From positions 2,784,001 to 2,848,000 of the forward strand of contig CBDBEV010000001.1 in the NCBI GenBank assembly GCA_965204535.1: a stretch of 64,000 nt of DNA, in the 5' to 3' direction. Positions 28,458 to 39,248 of the stretch are shown here, one piece after another. Position numbers and translations under genes: made by a program. Source of the stretch: a bacterium. GTDB taxonomy: Bacteria > UBA8248. The notes under the pieces were generated by a model. It saw only the letters and a list, made by a program, of their open reading frames with translations. It had not been told where the DNA came from and ran no database searches. The first letter of the stretch is position 1. Every line of letters starts with the position of its first letter.

Positions 28458-30431
28458 GTGAACGATATAAAGGAAAGAACCCCTCTGGATTGGCTCGTTC
28501 TGGCGATAGCCGTCGGCATGTCCTGGTTTCACATCCAGGTGGCCTACACGGGAGGTTATGAACCGCTTTCCCAGAGGGCGCTCTCGTATCTGTTCGGGAT
28601 GACCCTGATATTCATCGTCTACAGGAAACCCGCAGCAGGCGGGTGGCGCGCCGTCGCGGCGGCCGCCACCTGCCTCCTGGCGGTCGCCTCCATATCCTAC
28701 CCGATTATTCGTATCGACTATTACCTGAATCGTCTGCATTTCGTTGAGCCGCTCGAAACCATGGATCTGATACTGGGCACGGTGGTTCTGGTGCTCGCCT
28801 TCGAGGCGGCGCGCAGGACCATCAACCTGGCGCTTCCCCTGATATCGCTTTTCTTCATCGTCTATTCGTATTTCGGCCCCTATTTCCCGGGGTTTCTCGC
28901 GCACAAGGGCGCAACCTACATGCACATCGTGGATCACCAGTACATGACCTACGATGGCATCTGGACGGCTCCTTTAAGCGTTTTTTCGGTCTACATCTTC
29001 TTGTTCATCCTGTTCGGCGCGTTTCTGGACCGCATGGGGGCGGCTGATTTCTACGTGAAGCTCTCCATGGCGGCCGCGGGCAGGCTGCGCGGCGGACCGG
29101 CGAAGGCGGCTGTTTTCGCCAGCGCCATGACGGGCACGATCATGGGCAGCGCGAACGCGAACGTGGTCACCACGGGTTCGTTCACCATCCCGATGATGAA
29201 GCGCACCGGCTTCAAGCCCGAGCTGGCGGCCGCCATCGAGACGGCTGCCTCCACGGGGGGACAAATCATGCCGCCCATCATGGGGGCGTCGGCGTTCCTG
29301 ATCGTGGAGTTCACCGGCATTTCGTATTGGGAGATCGTGAAGGTATCGATTCTGCCCGCCGTTTTGTATTTCTTCTCCGTCTACGCGACCGTGCATTTAG
29401 AGGCGAGAAAAGAAGGTCTTGTGGGCATGCCCAGGGATTTGATTCCCCCCCTGGGTCCTATCTTGAAAGAAGGGTGGTTTTATCTCCTGCCTCCCATCGT
29501 GATCCTGGCGATTCTCATGACGGGAAGACCCGTACCCTATGCGGGTCTCGCGGGCATTCTCTCCGTCGTACTCCTGGCGGCGCTCAAGGGCGCACTCGTC
29601 ATGATGGAAAAAGCCCGAAGAGAGGGCGTGAGCCTCACGGAAGTGATTAGCGAGTTGGGCCGCGGCCTTTGGAACATCGTCCTGGCGCTCGAGAAGGGCG
29701 CCATTCAGTCGCTTCCCATATGCGCGGCGGTGGGGGCTGTGGGCATCATCATGGGCGCGCTTTTCCAGACGGGTCTCGGCCTCAAGTTCTCTTCCTTGGT
29801 CACGAATCTGGCGAACGAAAGCCTGTTCCTGGGTATCCTCCTGGTGGGCGTGGCCTCGTTCGTTCTCGGCATGGGGCTTCCGACGAGCGCGGCGTACATT
29901 GTCTTGTCCGTCATGGCCGTGCCCGCGCTCCTGGAACTCGGAGAGCCGTTCAAGCTCTCGCTCCTCGGCGCGCATCTCATCGTGTTCTGGTACAGCCTGG
30001 ACAGTTGCTTCACGCCCCCTGTATGCGTGCCCGCCTATACGGCGGCGGGCATAGCGGACGCCAACCCGGCGAAGGCCGCCTGGGCGTCTTTCCGCACGGC
30101 GAAGGGCATGTACATCGTGCCCCTGATGTTCGCCTTCACACCGATCCTGCTCATCCGCCAGCCCTGGCTCTCACTGGAGACTTTCGCCGCGGGGCTTCTC
30201 GGCTTCCAGGCGCTCGCCGCCGGCATGGTCGGGTTCATGTATTTCCGCTTCTCGACCCCGATGCGCGGGTATTTGTTCCTGGCGGCGGGGCTGTTGTTCT
30301 GGCCGGGCTACCTGAACCATCTGGCAGGCGCGATCATGCTGGGCGCGGTTTTCATCCTGCAGAGAAGGCGCCTCGCCGAGGAGGGAGAGCCCACGCCCGC
30401 CCCCGTGGCCGGAGGCGCCGCTTCCGCGTAG
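28458..30431 (+). CDS. TRAP fused 4TM/12TM permease
   Basis: RGGPAK, ASTGGQIMPPIMG, LGMGLPT, TPPV. Confidence 0.92.
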   Translation: MNDIKERTPLDWLVLAIAVGMSWFHIQVAYTGGYEPLSQRALSYLFGMTLIFIVYRKPAAGGWRAVAAAATCLLAVASISYPIIRIDYYLNRLHFVEPLETMDLILGTVVLVLAFEAARRTINLALPLISLFFIVYSYFGPYFPGFLAHKGATYMHIVDHQYMTYDGIWTAPLSVFSVYIFLFILFGAFLDRMGAADFYVKLSMAAAGRLRGGPAKAAVFASAMTGTIMGSANANVVTTGSFTIPMMKRTGFKPELAAAIETAASTGGQIMPPIMGASAFLIVEFTGISYWEIVKVSILPAVLYFFSVYATVHLEARKEGLVGMPRDLIPPLGPILKEGWFYLLPPIVILAILMTGRPVPYAGLAGILSVVLLAALKGALVMMEKARREGVSLTEVISELGRGLWNIVLALEKGAIQSLPICAAVGAVGIIMGALFQTGLGLKFSSLVTNLANESLFLGILLVGVASFVLGMGLPTSAAYIVLSVMAVPALLELGEPFKLSLLGAHLIVFWYSLDSCFTPPVCVPAYTAAGIADANPAKAAWASFRTAKGMYIVPLMFAFTPILLIRQPWLSLETFAAGLLGFQALAAGMVGFMYFRFSTPMRGYLFLAAGLLFWPGYLNHLAGAIMLGAVFILQRRRLAEEGEPTPAPVAGGAASA

Positions 30432-30590
30432 GGGATTTGGCAGCTTCAGGGGCTGCTTGATTCGTGTAAGGGCGTTTGGAACATTGCTCACCATCTGATT
30501 TCACTTCCGCTCGCGCGGCGCCGGGTTTTCTCATCCGGGAGCCGGGCGGGCGCTCCTCCATTCCAGGCAGAGCGCAGGGAGGGTTTTCTC

Positions 30591-31814
30591 ATGGAAGAAA
30601 AAGCGATCGACCGGATCGACGAATCCCGGGGGCCGCACTACGAACCCTACGGCTGGCATCACTGGCCCGAGCATCCCTGGATGTCCTATCAGTTCCGCCG
30701 CGCCCTGGGCGAGACCCAGGAGGGCGGCGGTTCCATCAGCGAGTGCTTTCTGGCCGCGAGCCGCATGACGCCCGGCGACAACGAGAGCTGGCACGCCGAA
30801 TGGACCCGCGTGGGCGACAGCAACCGCGCGCGCGGAGACGAAGCGGCATCGGCGGGGCGCATCCAGACGGCGCGCAACTGCTGGCTGCGCGCGGCGGATT
30901 ACTACCGGAGTGCAGAGTTCTGGCTGGCGTCCGACGACCCGCGCAGGCTCGAAACCTTCGAGAAGGTGGAAGCATGCTCGAAGGCGTTTTTAAGCCATCT
31001 CACGCCGCCCGGCGAGGTGGTGCGGGTCCCCTACGAGGACGGGGCGCATCTGGACGCCTATTTCGTGCCCGCGCCATTTCGCGTGGAGAGGCAACCCGCC
31101 GTCATCTGCTTCGGCGGCCTGGACGCCTACAAGGACGAGATGTGGTTCATGGCGGGGCGGGGGTTCTTGCAGCGCGGAATATCGGTCTTGATGATCGACG
31201 GCCCCGGCCAGGGGGGCACGCTGAGAAGAGGCGGCATTACGAGCCGCCACGACTACGAGGCGCCCGTGGGCCGTTGCATCGACTATCTGGAGGGGCGGGG
31301 AGACGTGGACGCCTCGCGCGTCGCCGTCTGCGGCGGGGGGATCGGCGGCCATTTCGCCGCCCGGGCGGCGTGTTACGAGCACAGGCTCGCCGCCGCGCTC
31401 TCCCACACCGCCGGGTGGAGCCTTTATGATACATGGCGCGACGCGGGCGAGGATCACCGCCTGGCCGATTCCATCAAGTGGGTCTTTGGCGCTGCGAGCA
31501 TGAAAGAAGCCGTCGAGAAGCTCGCGCCCTACACGCTCGAAGGCCACATCGGACGCATGAAGTGCCCCTATCTCATCGTCCACGGAGGTTACGACGTGTT
31601 GGGCGTCGCCCAAGCGCGTAAGGTGTACGAGGCCGCCAAAAACGCGGGGGTGGACGTGACGCTCAGACTCGTCGATCAAGAGGAGACCGGCGCGGATCAT
31701 TGCCAGCACGACAACCCCACCATCGGCCAGGAGATACTCGCCGACTGGCTGGCCGGGGTATTCGAAATCGACGAGCGCGATTTGATGTCGAAAACCCTCG
31801 CGCCGATTCTTTGA
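30591..31814 (+). CDS. alpha/beta hydrolase-fold protein (nucleophile Ser apparently absent)
   Basis: GGLD, DGPGQG, CGGGIGG at the elbow, ADHCQ. Confidence 0.8.
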   Translation: MEEKAIDRIDESRGPHYEPYGWHHWPEHPWMSYQFRRALGETQEGGGSISECFLAASRMTPGDNESWHAEWTRVGDSNRARGDEAASAGRIQTARNCWLRAADYYRSAEFWLASDDPRRLETFEKVEACSKAFLSHLTPPGEVVRVPYEDGAHLDAYFVPAPFRVERQPAVICFGGLDAYKDEMWFMAGRGFLQRGISVLMIDGPGQGGTLRRGGITSRHDYEAPVGRCIDYLEGRGDVDASRVAVCGGGIGGHFAARAACYEHRLAAALSHTAGWSLYDTWRDAGEDHRLADSIKWVFGAASMKEAVEKLAPYTLEGHIGRMKCPYLIVHGGYDVLGVAQARKVYEAAKNAGVDVTLRLVDQEETGADHCQHDNPTIGQEILADWLAGVFEIDERDLMSKTLAPIL

Positions 31815-31824
31815 GGAGGTTCAT

Positions 31825-32727
31825 GTGAGCATCACGCTGCTCGAGAATTTCAGGGCCGTTTTCTACACGCCGTTCTACGCCGCCTTCTCTTTGGGGGCTT
31901 ATGAGGAGGCGGGCGTCGACGTTCGCATCGAAACCTCGCCCGACCCCGCCCGAAACGCTGAACTGCTCATGTCCGGCGAGGCGCAGGTGAGTTGGGGCGG
32001 CCCCATGCGCGTCCTAGTGGCGTACGACAAGAACCCCGGGTGCGGCCTCAAGGTGTTCTGCGAGGTCGTCTGCCGCGACCCGTTTTTTCTCATCGGGCGC
32101 GAGCCGAACGCAGGGTTCCGGATGAGCGACCTGGTGGGTCCCAGAATCGCCACGGTGAGCGAGGTGCCTACCCCCTGGATGTGTCTCCAGCACGACCTGC
32201 GCCTGGCGGGGCTGGAGCCGCAAGGCCTGAACAGGGTCTCCGACCGGACGATGGGCGAGAACGCAGACGCCCTCCGGGCGGGTGATGTGGACGTCATCCA
32301 GGTGTTTCAGCCCTTTGCGGAGGAGTTGATCCGGGAAGGCGCGGGCCACCTCTGGTATCAGGCGGCGGATCGTGGGCTTACGACCTATACGGCGTTCTAC
32401 GCGCCCGGAAGTTTCTTGAGAGAAAATCCCGAGTCCGCCCTCGGCATGACGCGTGCCACGGCGCGGGCCGAGCGCTGGCTCGCGGAGAACGACGCCGAGG
32501 TGGTCGCCCGCCTCGTGAAGCCCTGGTTCGAGGAGATGGACTTCGAGCTTCTGACTCAGGCCATCGCGCGCTACAAGAGTATCGGCCTCTGGAACCGGAA
32601 TCCCCACCTCGCGCAAGCGAGCTTCGAGTGGCTGCGGGCCGCGTGCCTGAGCGGCGGGCTGATCACCACGGGCGTCTCCTACGAGCAGGCGGTGGACATG
32701 AGTTTCGTGGAACAAGCGATGGGGTAG
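31825..32727 (+). CDS. NMT1/THI5-like ABC substrate-binding protein
   Basis: ENFRAVFYTPFY, WGGPMR, RDPFFL. Confidence 0.8.
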   Translation: MSITLLENFRAVFYTPFYAAFSLGAYEEAGVDVRIETSPDPARNAELLMSGEAQVSWGGPMRVLVAYDKNPGCGLKVFCEVVCRDPFFLIGREPNAGFRMSDLVGPRIATVSEVPTPWMCLQHDLRLAGLEPQGLNRVSDRTMGENADALRAGDVDVIQVFQPFAEELIREGAGHLWYQAADRGLTTYTAFYAPGSFLRENPESALGMTRATARAERWLAENDAEVVARLVKPWFEEMDFELLTQAIARYKSIGLWNRNPHLAQASFEWLRAACLSGGLITTGVSYEQAVDMSFVEQAMG

Positions 32728-32752
32728 GAATCGTCCGTTGCGCTTCGGTTCT

Positions 32753-32780
32753 GTAGGGACAGGTCGCGACCTGTCCCTAC
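32753..32780. repeat. GTAG REP-like palindrome
   Basis: GTAGGGACAGGTCGCGACCTGTCCCTAC (also near 41827 and 47362; partial near 55517). Confidence 0.85.
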
Positions 32781-32885
32781 CTCCTGACGGATTCCCTTCC
32801 CAAACCAACCGACCTTCTTTGCGCTCCCCCGAAACTCTCTGGCATGATGGCGAATACTCTACCCTCCTAAACAAGGAGCCCCCCC

Positions 32886-34652
32886 ATGGCGTTTCGCCAC
32901 ACCACGCCCGAAGGACGCGAATACATCTCCCACAGGCCGCAGGTTTCCGCGCGCGAGGCGATGGTCGCCTCCGGCCATCACTACGCGAGCCAGGCGGGCC
33001 TGAGGATCCTGGAGAAGGGAGGCAACGCGATAGACGCCGGCGTCGCCGCCGGTATCTGCCTGAGCGTCCTTCACTCCGACATGGTGTCGTTCCTGGGCGT
33101 CGCGCCCACGATGATCTACCTGGCGAAAGAGCGTCGCGTCCTCACGATCAGCGGTCTGGGGCGCTGGCCCAAGGCGGCCTCTATCGAGTGGTTTGAGAAA
33201 AACTGCAACGGCGAGATTCCCGCAGGCGTCCGGCGCGCCGTCACGCCCGCGGCGATAGACGCCTGGCTCACGGCGCTTGCTCGCTACGGCACGATGACCT
33301 TCGCCGAGGTGGCCGGGGACGCCGTCTCCCTGGCCGAAGATGGCTTTCCCATGCACCATTTCATGTACGACCACATCAAGGGGGCGGAAGCGGACTACTA
33401 CCGCTGGGAATCGACGCGGCCCGTCTATTTCCCCGGCGGCGAACTCATCCCCGTGGGCGGGCGGGTGCGGATTCCCGATCTGGCCGAGACGATGCGGCGC
33501 ATGGTGCGCGCGGAGCAAAGAGCGGGCGGCGGTCGCGCCGGGGGCGTGCGCGCGGCGCGCGATGAGGTCTACACCGGCGAGACGGCCCGGCTGATGATCG
33601 ACTTCATTCAGCGAGAGGGCGGGCTGATGACCCTGAACGATCTGGCCGATTTCCATGTGCTCGAAGAAGAACCGGTCGCGACGGAATACCTGGGGCACGA
33701 GGTCTACGCCTGCGGCCCCTGGTGCCAGGGGCCGACGTTGCTGGAGGCGATGAACATTCTCGCCAATTTTGACCTCTTGGCTCTCGGCCACAATTCCGCA
33801 GGCTACCTCCATGCCCTCATGAGTGCGCTCAACCTCGCCTTCGCGGACAGGGAAGCCTTCATCGGGGATCCCGAGTTCGTGGATGTGCCCATAGACGGGC
33901 TTCTCTCCAAAGAATACGCCGCGAAGCAGGCGGAACGCGTCGATATGGACAGCGCTTTCGCCGACATGCCCGAACCCGGAGACCCCTGGGCGCATCAGGG
34001 GGGCGCTCATCCGTGGCGCTATGACGGCGCGCACAGGGTTCCGCAAGCTTCAGGGGCCGAGTACCAGCACGACACCTCCTACTGCACGGCGGTCGATTCG
34101 GAGGGAAACGCCTTTTCCTGCACGCCTTCCGACCCAGCGAACTCAATGCCCTTCGTCCCCGGCGTCGGCGCGACCGTCTCGGGGCGCGGCTCCCAAAGCT
34201 GGCTCGACCCGGCGCACCCGAGCTCTCTCGCGCCCTGGAAGCGGCCGAGGCTCACGCCGAACCCCGCCCTCACGCTAAAAGACGGCGCGTTCTACATGAC
34301 GCTGGGCACCCCGGGCGGCGACGTCCAGCCCCAGGCCATGCTGCAGGTGTTCCTGAACCACGTCCTGTTCAATATGCTGCCGCAAATGGCGATCGAAGCG
34401 CCGAGGGTCGCCACCGCCAATTTCCCCAATTCCTTCTGGCCGCACGCCTACGAGCCCGCGAGCGCGCGGGCGGAGGCGCGGCTTTTGAGCGACGCCGGCC
34501 CCGCGCTCAACGGGATGGGCTACAAGATGGGTTCGTGGCCCGATTTCAGCTGGCCGCCCGGCAGCGTCTGCGCGATCGTGAAAGACCCCGAGACGGGTTT
34601 CCTGCTCGCAGGAGCCGACCCGAGGCGCGAATCCTACGCGGCGGGGTGGTAG
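32886..34652 (+). CDS. gamma-glutamyltransferase family protein
   Basis: GGNAIDA, DTS nucleophile, GTPGGD.QPQ, GADPRR. Confidence 0.9.
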   Translation: MAFRHTTPEGREYISHRPQVSAREAMVASGHHYASQAGLRILEKGGNAIDAGVAAGICLSVLHSDMVSFLGVAPTMIYLAKERRVLTISGLGRWPKAASIEWFEKNCNGEIPAGVRRAVTPAAIDAWLTALARYGTMTFAEVAGDAVSLAEDGFPMHHFMYDHIKGAEADYYRWESTRPVYFPGGELIPVGGRVRIPDLAETMRRMVRAEQRAGGGRAGGVRAARDEVYTGETARLMIDFIQREGGLMTLNDLADFHVLEEEPVATEYLGHEVYACGPWCQGPTLLEAMNILANFDLLALGHNSAGYLHALMSALNLAFADREAFIGDPEFVDVPIDGLLSKEYAAKQAERVDMDSAFADMPEPGDPWAHQGGAHPWRYDGAHRVPQASGAEYQHDTSYCTAVDSEGNAFSCTPSDPANSMPFVPGVGATVSGRGSQSWLDPAHPSSLAPWKRPRLTPNPALTLKDGAFYMTLGTPGGDVQPQAMLQVFLNHVLFNMLPQMAIEAPRVATANFPNSFWPHAYEPASARAEARLLSDAGPALNGMGYKMGSWPDFSWPPGSVCAIVKDPETGFLLAGADPRRESYAAGW

Positions 34653-34753
34653 GGAGGGGCGACCCATGAGGAAAAAGGCGGTTTCCTTGTTCCCCGCCTT
34701 CAAGCCGTGTTATGTAACACACTTGTAGGGCCCGAAACGGGAGGGATACTCCA

Positions 34754-35038
34754 ATGGAAGTGAAGGAAGCCGTGCAAACGGCGAAAGAATACATTGTCGA
34801 TCTCTTCGGTGATGAGGCTATCACGGGTATCGGCCTGGAAGAGGTTGATCTCGACATGGGGTCAAGTGATTGGAAGATAACCATCGGTTTTTACCGCCCG
34901 CTGTCTCAGCGGGCCGCCATGACCACCGTGTTCGGTAAACAGCACGAAGCCCGCTCCTATAAAGTTGTAAGTATCAACAAGCAAAGCGGTCGAGTGTCGT
35001 CAGTCACAGACCGCGTTCTGCCTGCCGTTTCTGAATAA
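34754..35038 (+). CDS. hypothetical protein, partner of PIN protein
   Basis: 94 aa, GLEEV..WKITIGF..RSYKVV; RBS present. Confidence 0.7.
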   Translation: MEVKEAVQTAKEYIVDLFGDEAITGIGLEEVDLDMGSSDWKITIGFYRPLSQRAAMTTVFGKQHEARSYKVVSINKQSGRVSSVTDRVLPAVSE

Positions 35039-35042
35039 TTCG

Positions 35043-35504
35043 ATGCGCCCAGCTGGGTACTTCATCGATGCGAATCTTCTTGTCTTGCTTATCGTGGGCC
35101 GAGTGGGAGAGGAGTTCATCTCCAAACATAGTCGACTACAACAATTCGTAGTCGAAGATTACCGAATTTTGCGTAACCTGCTCGACCTTGTTGAGCAAGT
35201 GTTCGTTACCCCGAACACGCTTACCGAGACGTCCAACCTGCTTGCTCAGCACGGAGAACCCGAGCGTTCCCGCTTTTTCAATCAGCTTCAGGCTACCATT
35301 CAGGATAGCAAGGAAATACAAGTCGTCAGCAAGGTGGCTTCGCAAAACAGGGAGTTCAGGCGCCTCGGTCTGACAGATGCCGTGCTCCTGGAAGTCGCCA
35401 CTGTTGAGACGCCTTTGCTTACCGTGGACCTCGACCTTTACCTTGCGGCATTAACGAAAGACCTGGATACGGCTGTGAACTTCAGGCATATCCAAAACAT
35501 GTGA
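35043..35504 (+). CDS. PIN-domain protein
   Basis: IDANLL, TP..LTE.SN, LGLTDA, LLT.D. Confidence 0.8.
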   Translation: MRPAGYFIDANLLVLLIVGRVGEEFISKHSRLQQFVVEDYRILRNLLDLVEQVFVTPNTLTETSNLLAQHGEPERSRFFNQLQATIQDSKEIQVVSKVASQNREFRRLGLTDAVLLEVATVETPLLTVDLDLYLAALTKDLDTAVNFRHIQNM

Positions 35505-35558
35505 TTGGGCGTCCATCCTGTTTTTGCGGAGAATGCGGGCGTGGAGACGGAGGAGGCG

Positions 35559-35990
35559 ATGATGACTTCACCCGAAGCCGGGCGCACCGAATCCCCCGCC
35601 GCATCCGGGCAGGACGACTTTCTGCTCTATGACGGCGAGTGCCCGTTCTGCCGCTTCTACGCGCGGAAATCCGGTTTCAAGACGCCGGACGGTCGGCCCT
35701 TGAAGCTCATCGACGCGAACCGCGCGCCCGAACTCCTCGCCGCGTTGCGCGCGCAGGGCTGCGAGGCAGATGAGGGGATGGTGCTCGTCACAGGAGGCCG
35801 GCGCTATCAGGGGGCCGAGGCGATGACGGCGCTCGAGGCGATGACGAGCGGCGCCGGCTGGTGGGGCAGGCTCTCCAAATGGTTCGCCTCGGATCCCGCG
35901 CGCGCCCGCGCGTTCTATCCCTGGTTCCGAAGATTGCGCCGCGCGGCGCTGTGGGCGAGGGGGCGGCCCTCCCTCCCTGGACGAGACTGA
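35559..35990 (+). CDS. DCC1/DUF393 thiol-disulfide oxidoreductase-like
   Basis: LYDGECPFC. Confidence 0.85.
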   Translation: MMTSPEAGRTESPAASGQDDFLLYDGECPFCRFYARKSGFKTPDGRPLKLIDANRAPELLAALRAQGCEADEGMVLVTGGRRYQGAEAMTALEAMTSGAGWWGRLSKWFASDPARARAFYPWFRRLRRAALWARGRPSLPGRD

Positions 35991-36072
35991 TCCCCCAATC
36001 GTTCGCAGTCCCCCGCTCGAAACCTATCCCTCATCACCCGGCTTTACGACGCATTCGCCCGCAGACAGGGAA

Positions 36073-37200
36073 TCAGGGAGCGCTGCCGAGACAGGGAGAA
36101 ACCTCGCGGATGAAGCGCTCGGCCACGGCGCGCCAACTGTAAGCGGCTGCGCGCTCGATTCCGCGCCGGCCGAGTCGTTCGCGGGTATCCCGGTTTTTCA
36201 GGAGATGGATGAGCGCATCGGCCAGGGCGGCCTCATCCACCGGCGGCGGGAGCAGGACGCCCGCGTCACCCACGATCTCGGGCGCCGCCGCCACGTCGAG
36301 CGCCACCACGGGCAGGCCCGCCGCCATGGCTTCGAGATATGCGATGCCGAAACCCTCCTGGAGCGAGGGCAGGCAGAAAACGTCCGCCGCCGCGTATTCA
36401 CGGCGCACGGCCTCATCGCCGGGCACCTCGCCCAGGAGCGTCACGGCGTTCTCGATGCCCAGTCTGCCCACCTGTTTTTCAAGGCGCTTCAAAGACGGCC
36501 CGCCGCCCACGACGCGCAACTTCGCATCGGGCACGGCGGCGAGCACCCCCGGCATGGCCCCGATGAGGCTCCCCGTGTTCTTCCTGGGGTATTGCCGCGC
36601 CACGGAGAGGATCGTGCGGCCCGCGGGGCGCCTCGTCTCGCGCACGCGCTCCCAATGGGCCGGATGAACGCCGTTGCCCACGACGCCGACTTTCTCCGGC
36701 GGCAGCCCATACGCCTCGCAGGCCACGCCCCGGCTGTATTCGCTGGTGACGATGACCCTGTCGGCGCGATGCGCGTTGGCGCGTTCGAGATGGGAGAGGG
36801 CGCGCAGGTACTGGCGCGGCGCGCCGCGTTCGAACCGCATCTCGTCAGCCGAGATGCCGTGCAGATAGACGATGAAGGGGATTTCCATGTTCAGATCGAA
36901 GCCGTCGATGTCGAAGCCCACGATGAGGTCGAAGCCATCGGGCGATATCCGGTCCCCGAGCTCCAGGTTATACAGCAGTCTCTGGAGCAGGAGGCTCGAT
37001 GCGCGCTCGTTCGGGCCGATGATCTCCACCGCATGCCCGTTTGCTTCCAGCCCGCCCGCCAGGCCCGTGATGGCCGCCGCCGTGCCCGAGCCCTTCGCGA
37101 CCTCGAGGGTCCAGGAGTTCAAAAAGGCGATCCGCAAACCGTTCCTCTCCCGACAGACAAAAGAGGGCGCAATCCCGCGCCCTCTTCCATACGGCTTCAT
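36073..37200 (-). CDS. glycosyltransferase family 4
   Basis: PS.QEGFGIAYLEAMAAG.PVV; start uncertain. Confidence 0.9.
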   Translation of the reverse strand: MKPYGRGRGIAPSFVCRERNGLRIAFLNSWTLEVAKGSGTAAAITGLAGGLEANGHAVEIIGPNERASSLLLQRLLYNLELGDRISPDGFDLIVGFDIDGFDLNMEIPFIVYLHGISADEMRFERGAPRQYLRALSHLERANAHRADRVIVTSEYSRGVACEAYGLPPEKVGVVGNGVHPAHWERVRETRRPAGRTILSVARQYPRKNTGSLIGAMPGVLAAVPDAKLRVVGGGPSLKRLEKQVGRLGIENAVTLLGEVPGDEAVRREYAAADVFCLPSLQEGFGIAYLEAMAAGLPVVALDVAAAPEIVGDAGVLLPPPVDEAALADALIHLLKNRDTRERLGRRGIERAAAYSWRAVAERFIREVSPCLGSAP

Positions 37201-37216
37201 GAGGGGGATGCGCCCC

Positions 37217-37549
37217 TTACAGCGCCTGGTCCGACTTGGCCGCGAAGACGAAATCGCTCTCCGTCAAGCCGTCTATCTTGTGCGTCCACACGGTGACCTT
37301 CACCTTCCCCCACGCCAGGTAGATGTCGGGGTGATGCCCCTGCTCCTCGGCCATCTCGCCCACCCGGTTCGTGAAGTCGAGCGCCGCCCGGAAATCGGAA
37401 AAGCCGTATTCCTTCTCCAGATGGTGCCCGTCCACCACGCGCCAATCGCCGCCCAGCTGCTCCTGTAAGGCGGAGAGGGCCTCTCCCTCAAGCGGGGGCA
37501 CGCCGCCTTTGCAAGGCACGCATTCCTTGGCCGCAAGCTCGCTGCTCAT
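37217..37549 (-). CDS. phhB: pterin-4-alpha-carbinolamine dehydratase
   Basis: C.PCKGG.PPL, HHPDI...W..V..WTH..GLTESDF. Confidence 0.88.
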   Translation of the reverse strand: MSSELAAKECVPCKGGVPPLEGEALSALQEQLGGDWRVVDGHHLEKEYGFSDFRAALDFTNRVGEMAEEQGHHPDIYLAWGKVKVTVWTHKIDGLTESDFVFAAKSDQAL

Positions 37550-37768
37550 GGGTTTCCTGCTCCTCTATAGGGATGAAGATACAACCTGTCGATACGCCTC
37601 GAAAGGACGGCTCATCATCGCGTTTTTCGCGGGAAGCCGCAAGGCCGCGTCACCCGCTCTTGAGGGCGGGCCGCGCCCCGCAGGGGTCAAAGCCGATTGA
37701 TGAATGAGGCTTTGCCGACCGGGGATGCGAGAGCGCCGGGAACGAAGCCGGGCCTCCCGTCAATCCCT

Positions 37769-38320
37769 TGCGCAAATGCGGGCTGTTGCGGGCAAATGCG
37801 CGGGTTCCCAAAACTTTTTTTTTGCCGCCGTATCTGAGTGCGCGGCGCTAAGATTTGTGTGATAACCCTTTTGATTACAATCATTTATCTGGACGTTATT
37901 TTTCAGCAATTTATCGAAAAACCCCGTGAATTTATCGAATTTTACGGGAAATATCATTATTTTCATTTCCATGTCGTTCCCGTATCCATTCTCGTGACCC
38001 CTCCCCCCGCGATAATCGAACCGGAGTGGGGGGAGCAGGTTTACGCCTTCGTAGGGACAGCTCGCGAGCTGCCCGCGTTCTTCCGAAGACGGGAGGGCCG
38101 TTCCGGCGAAGTATGGGTTATCGCGCGCGATCGAAGACTTTTCGGAAGGGTTCGCCGTCTCCACCCTCGCCCCGGCGCCTGATTCCATGAGAACGCCTCC
38201 CTCTCCGTGCGGTGATCAATCCCGATTGGTGAATCAGGGATTGCTGTTTCTCCGCTTCGCGCGCACGATACCGCAGTCCGTGGTTTCAGGAATTACGGCA
38301 AATGCGGGGAAATGCGGGGC
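37769..38320. repeat. dispersed conserved element, copy 2
   Basis: aligns to 2045-2497 at both ends, with a different middle. Confidence 0.8.
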
Positions 38321-39248
38321 GGAGCCGGCCCCGCGCCGCGCCTCTCGCCCTGAAAGGACAGCCCCTCCTCGGGGCTGTCCAACCCCCCCTACCCCCCCTT
38401 GACGGGGCTGTTGAAAAACCCCTGGTTTTGTGATCGTATGGATGTATTCCCCCTCGCCCGAGATGGGAGTTCCGGAGATGTTGGACCGCAAGAGGCGCGA
38501 GCAGATGGACTTGTTCGTGGCCGGCCCGCTGGAGAAGTTGATTCCCGAAGATCACATATTGCGCCAGGTGGACCGCGTACTGGATTTGAGTTGGCTTCGC
38601 GAGGAAGTGGCGGCGTGCTATTGCGCGGACAACGGTCGACCGGGGATCGACCCGGAAGTGGTGATCCGGTTGATGCTGGCGGGCCTGCTGCTGGGCTACG
38701 CGGAGGACCGCCGCCTGCTGCGCGAGGCGCAGGCGCATCTGGCGGTCCGGTGGTTCATCGGGTACAGGCTGGACGAGGATTTGCCGGATCATTCGAGCCT
38801 GACGCGTATCCGCCAGCGGTGGGGGGAGGCGCGGTTCAAGGAGATATTGCGCCGCACGGTTCAGGCGTGCCTGGACGCGAAGGTGGCGAAGGGAGAAGTG
38901 GTTCACATGGACGCGTCTTTGATACGTGCGGACGTGAGCTGGGAGAGTCTGGCGGAGCGCCACGCGGAGAAGGTGGTGCGGGAGAACGACTCGGCGGATG
39001 AGACGGGGAAGAAGGGCGGTGGCGGGGGTTCGGGTCCGGTGAGCCGAACGGACCCGGACGCTCGCCTGGCGCGCAAGAGCGCTCGGGCGGGGTTCGAGCC
39101 GAGCTACAAGCACCACGCGGTGGTGGACGACGAGCGTGGGGTGGTTCTCGACGTAGAGGTGACGGAGGGGACGTTGAACGAGCGGGAGATGATGGAGCCG
39201 CAGTTGGATGCGGTTTGCGAGCTCACGGGTCGCGCGCCCGCGGTGGTG

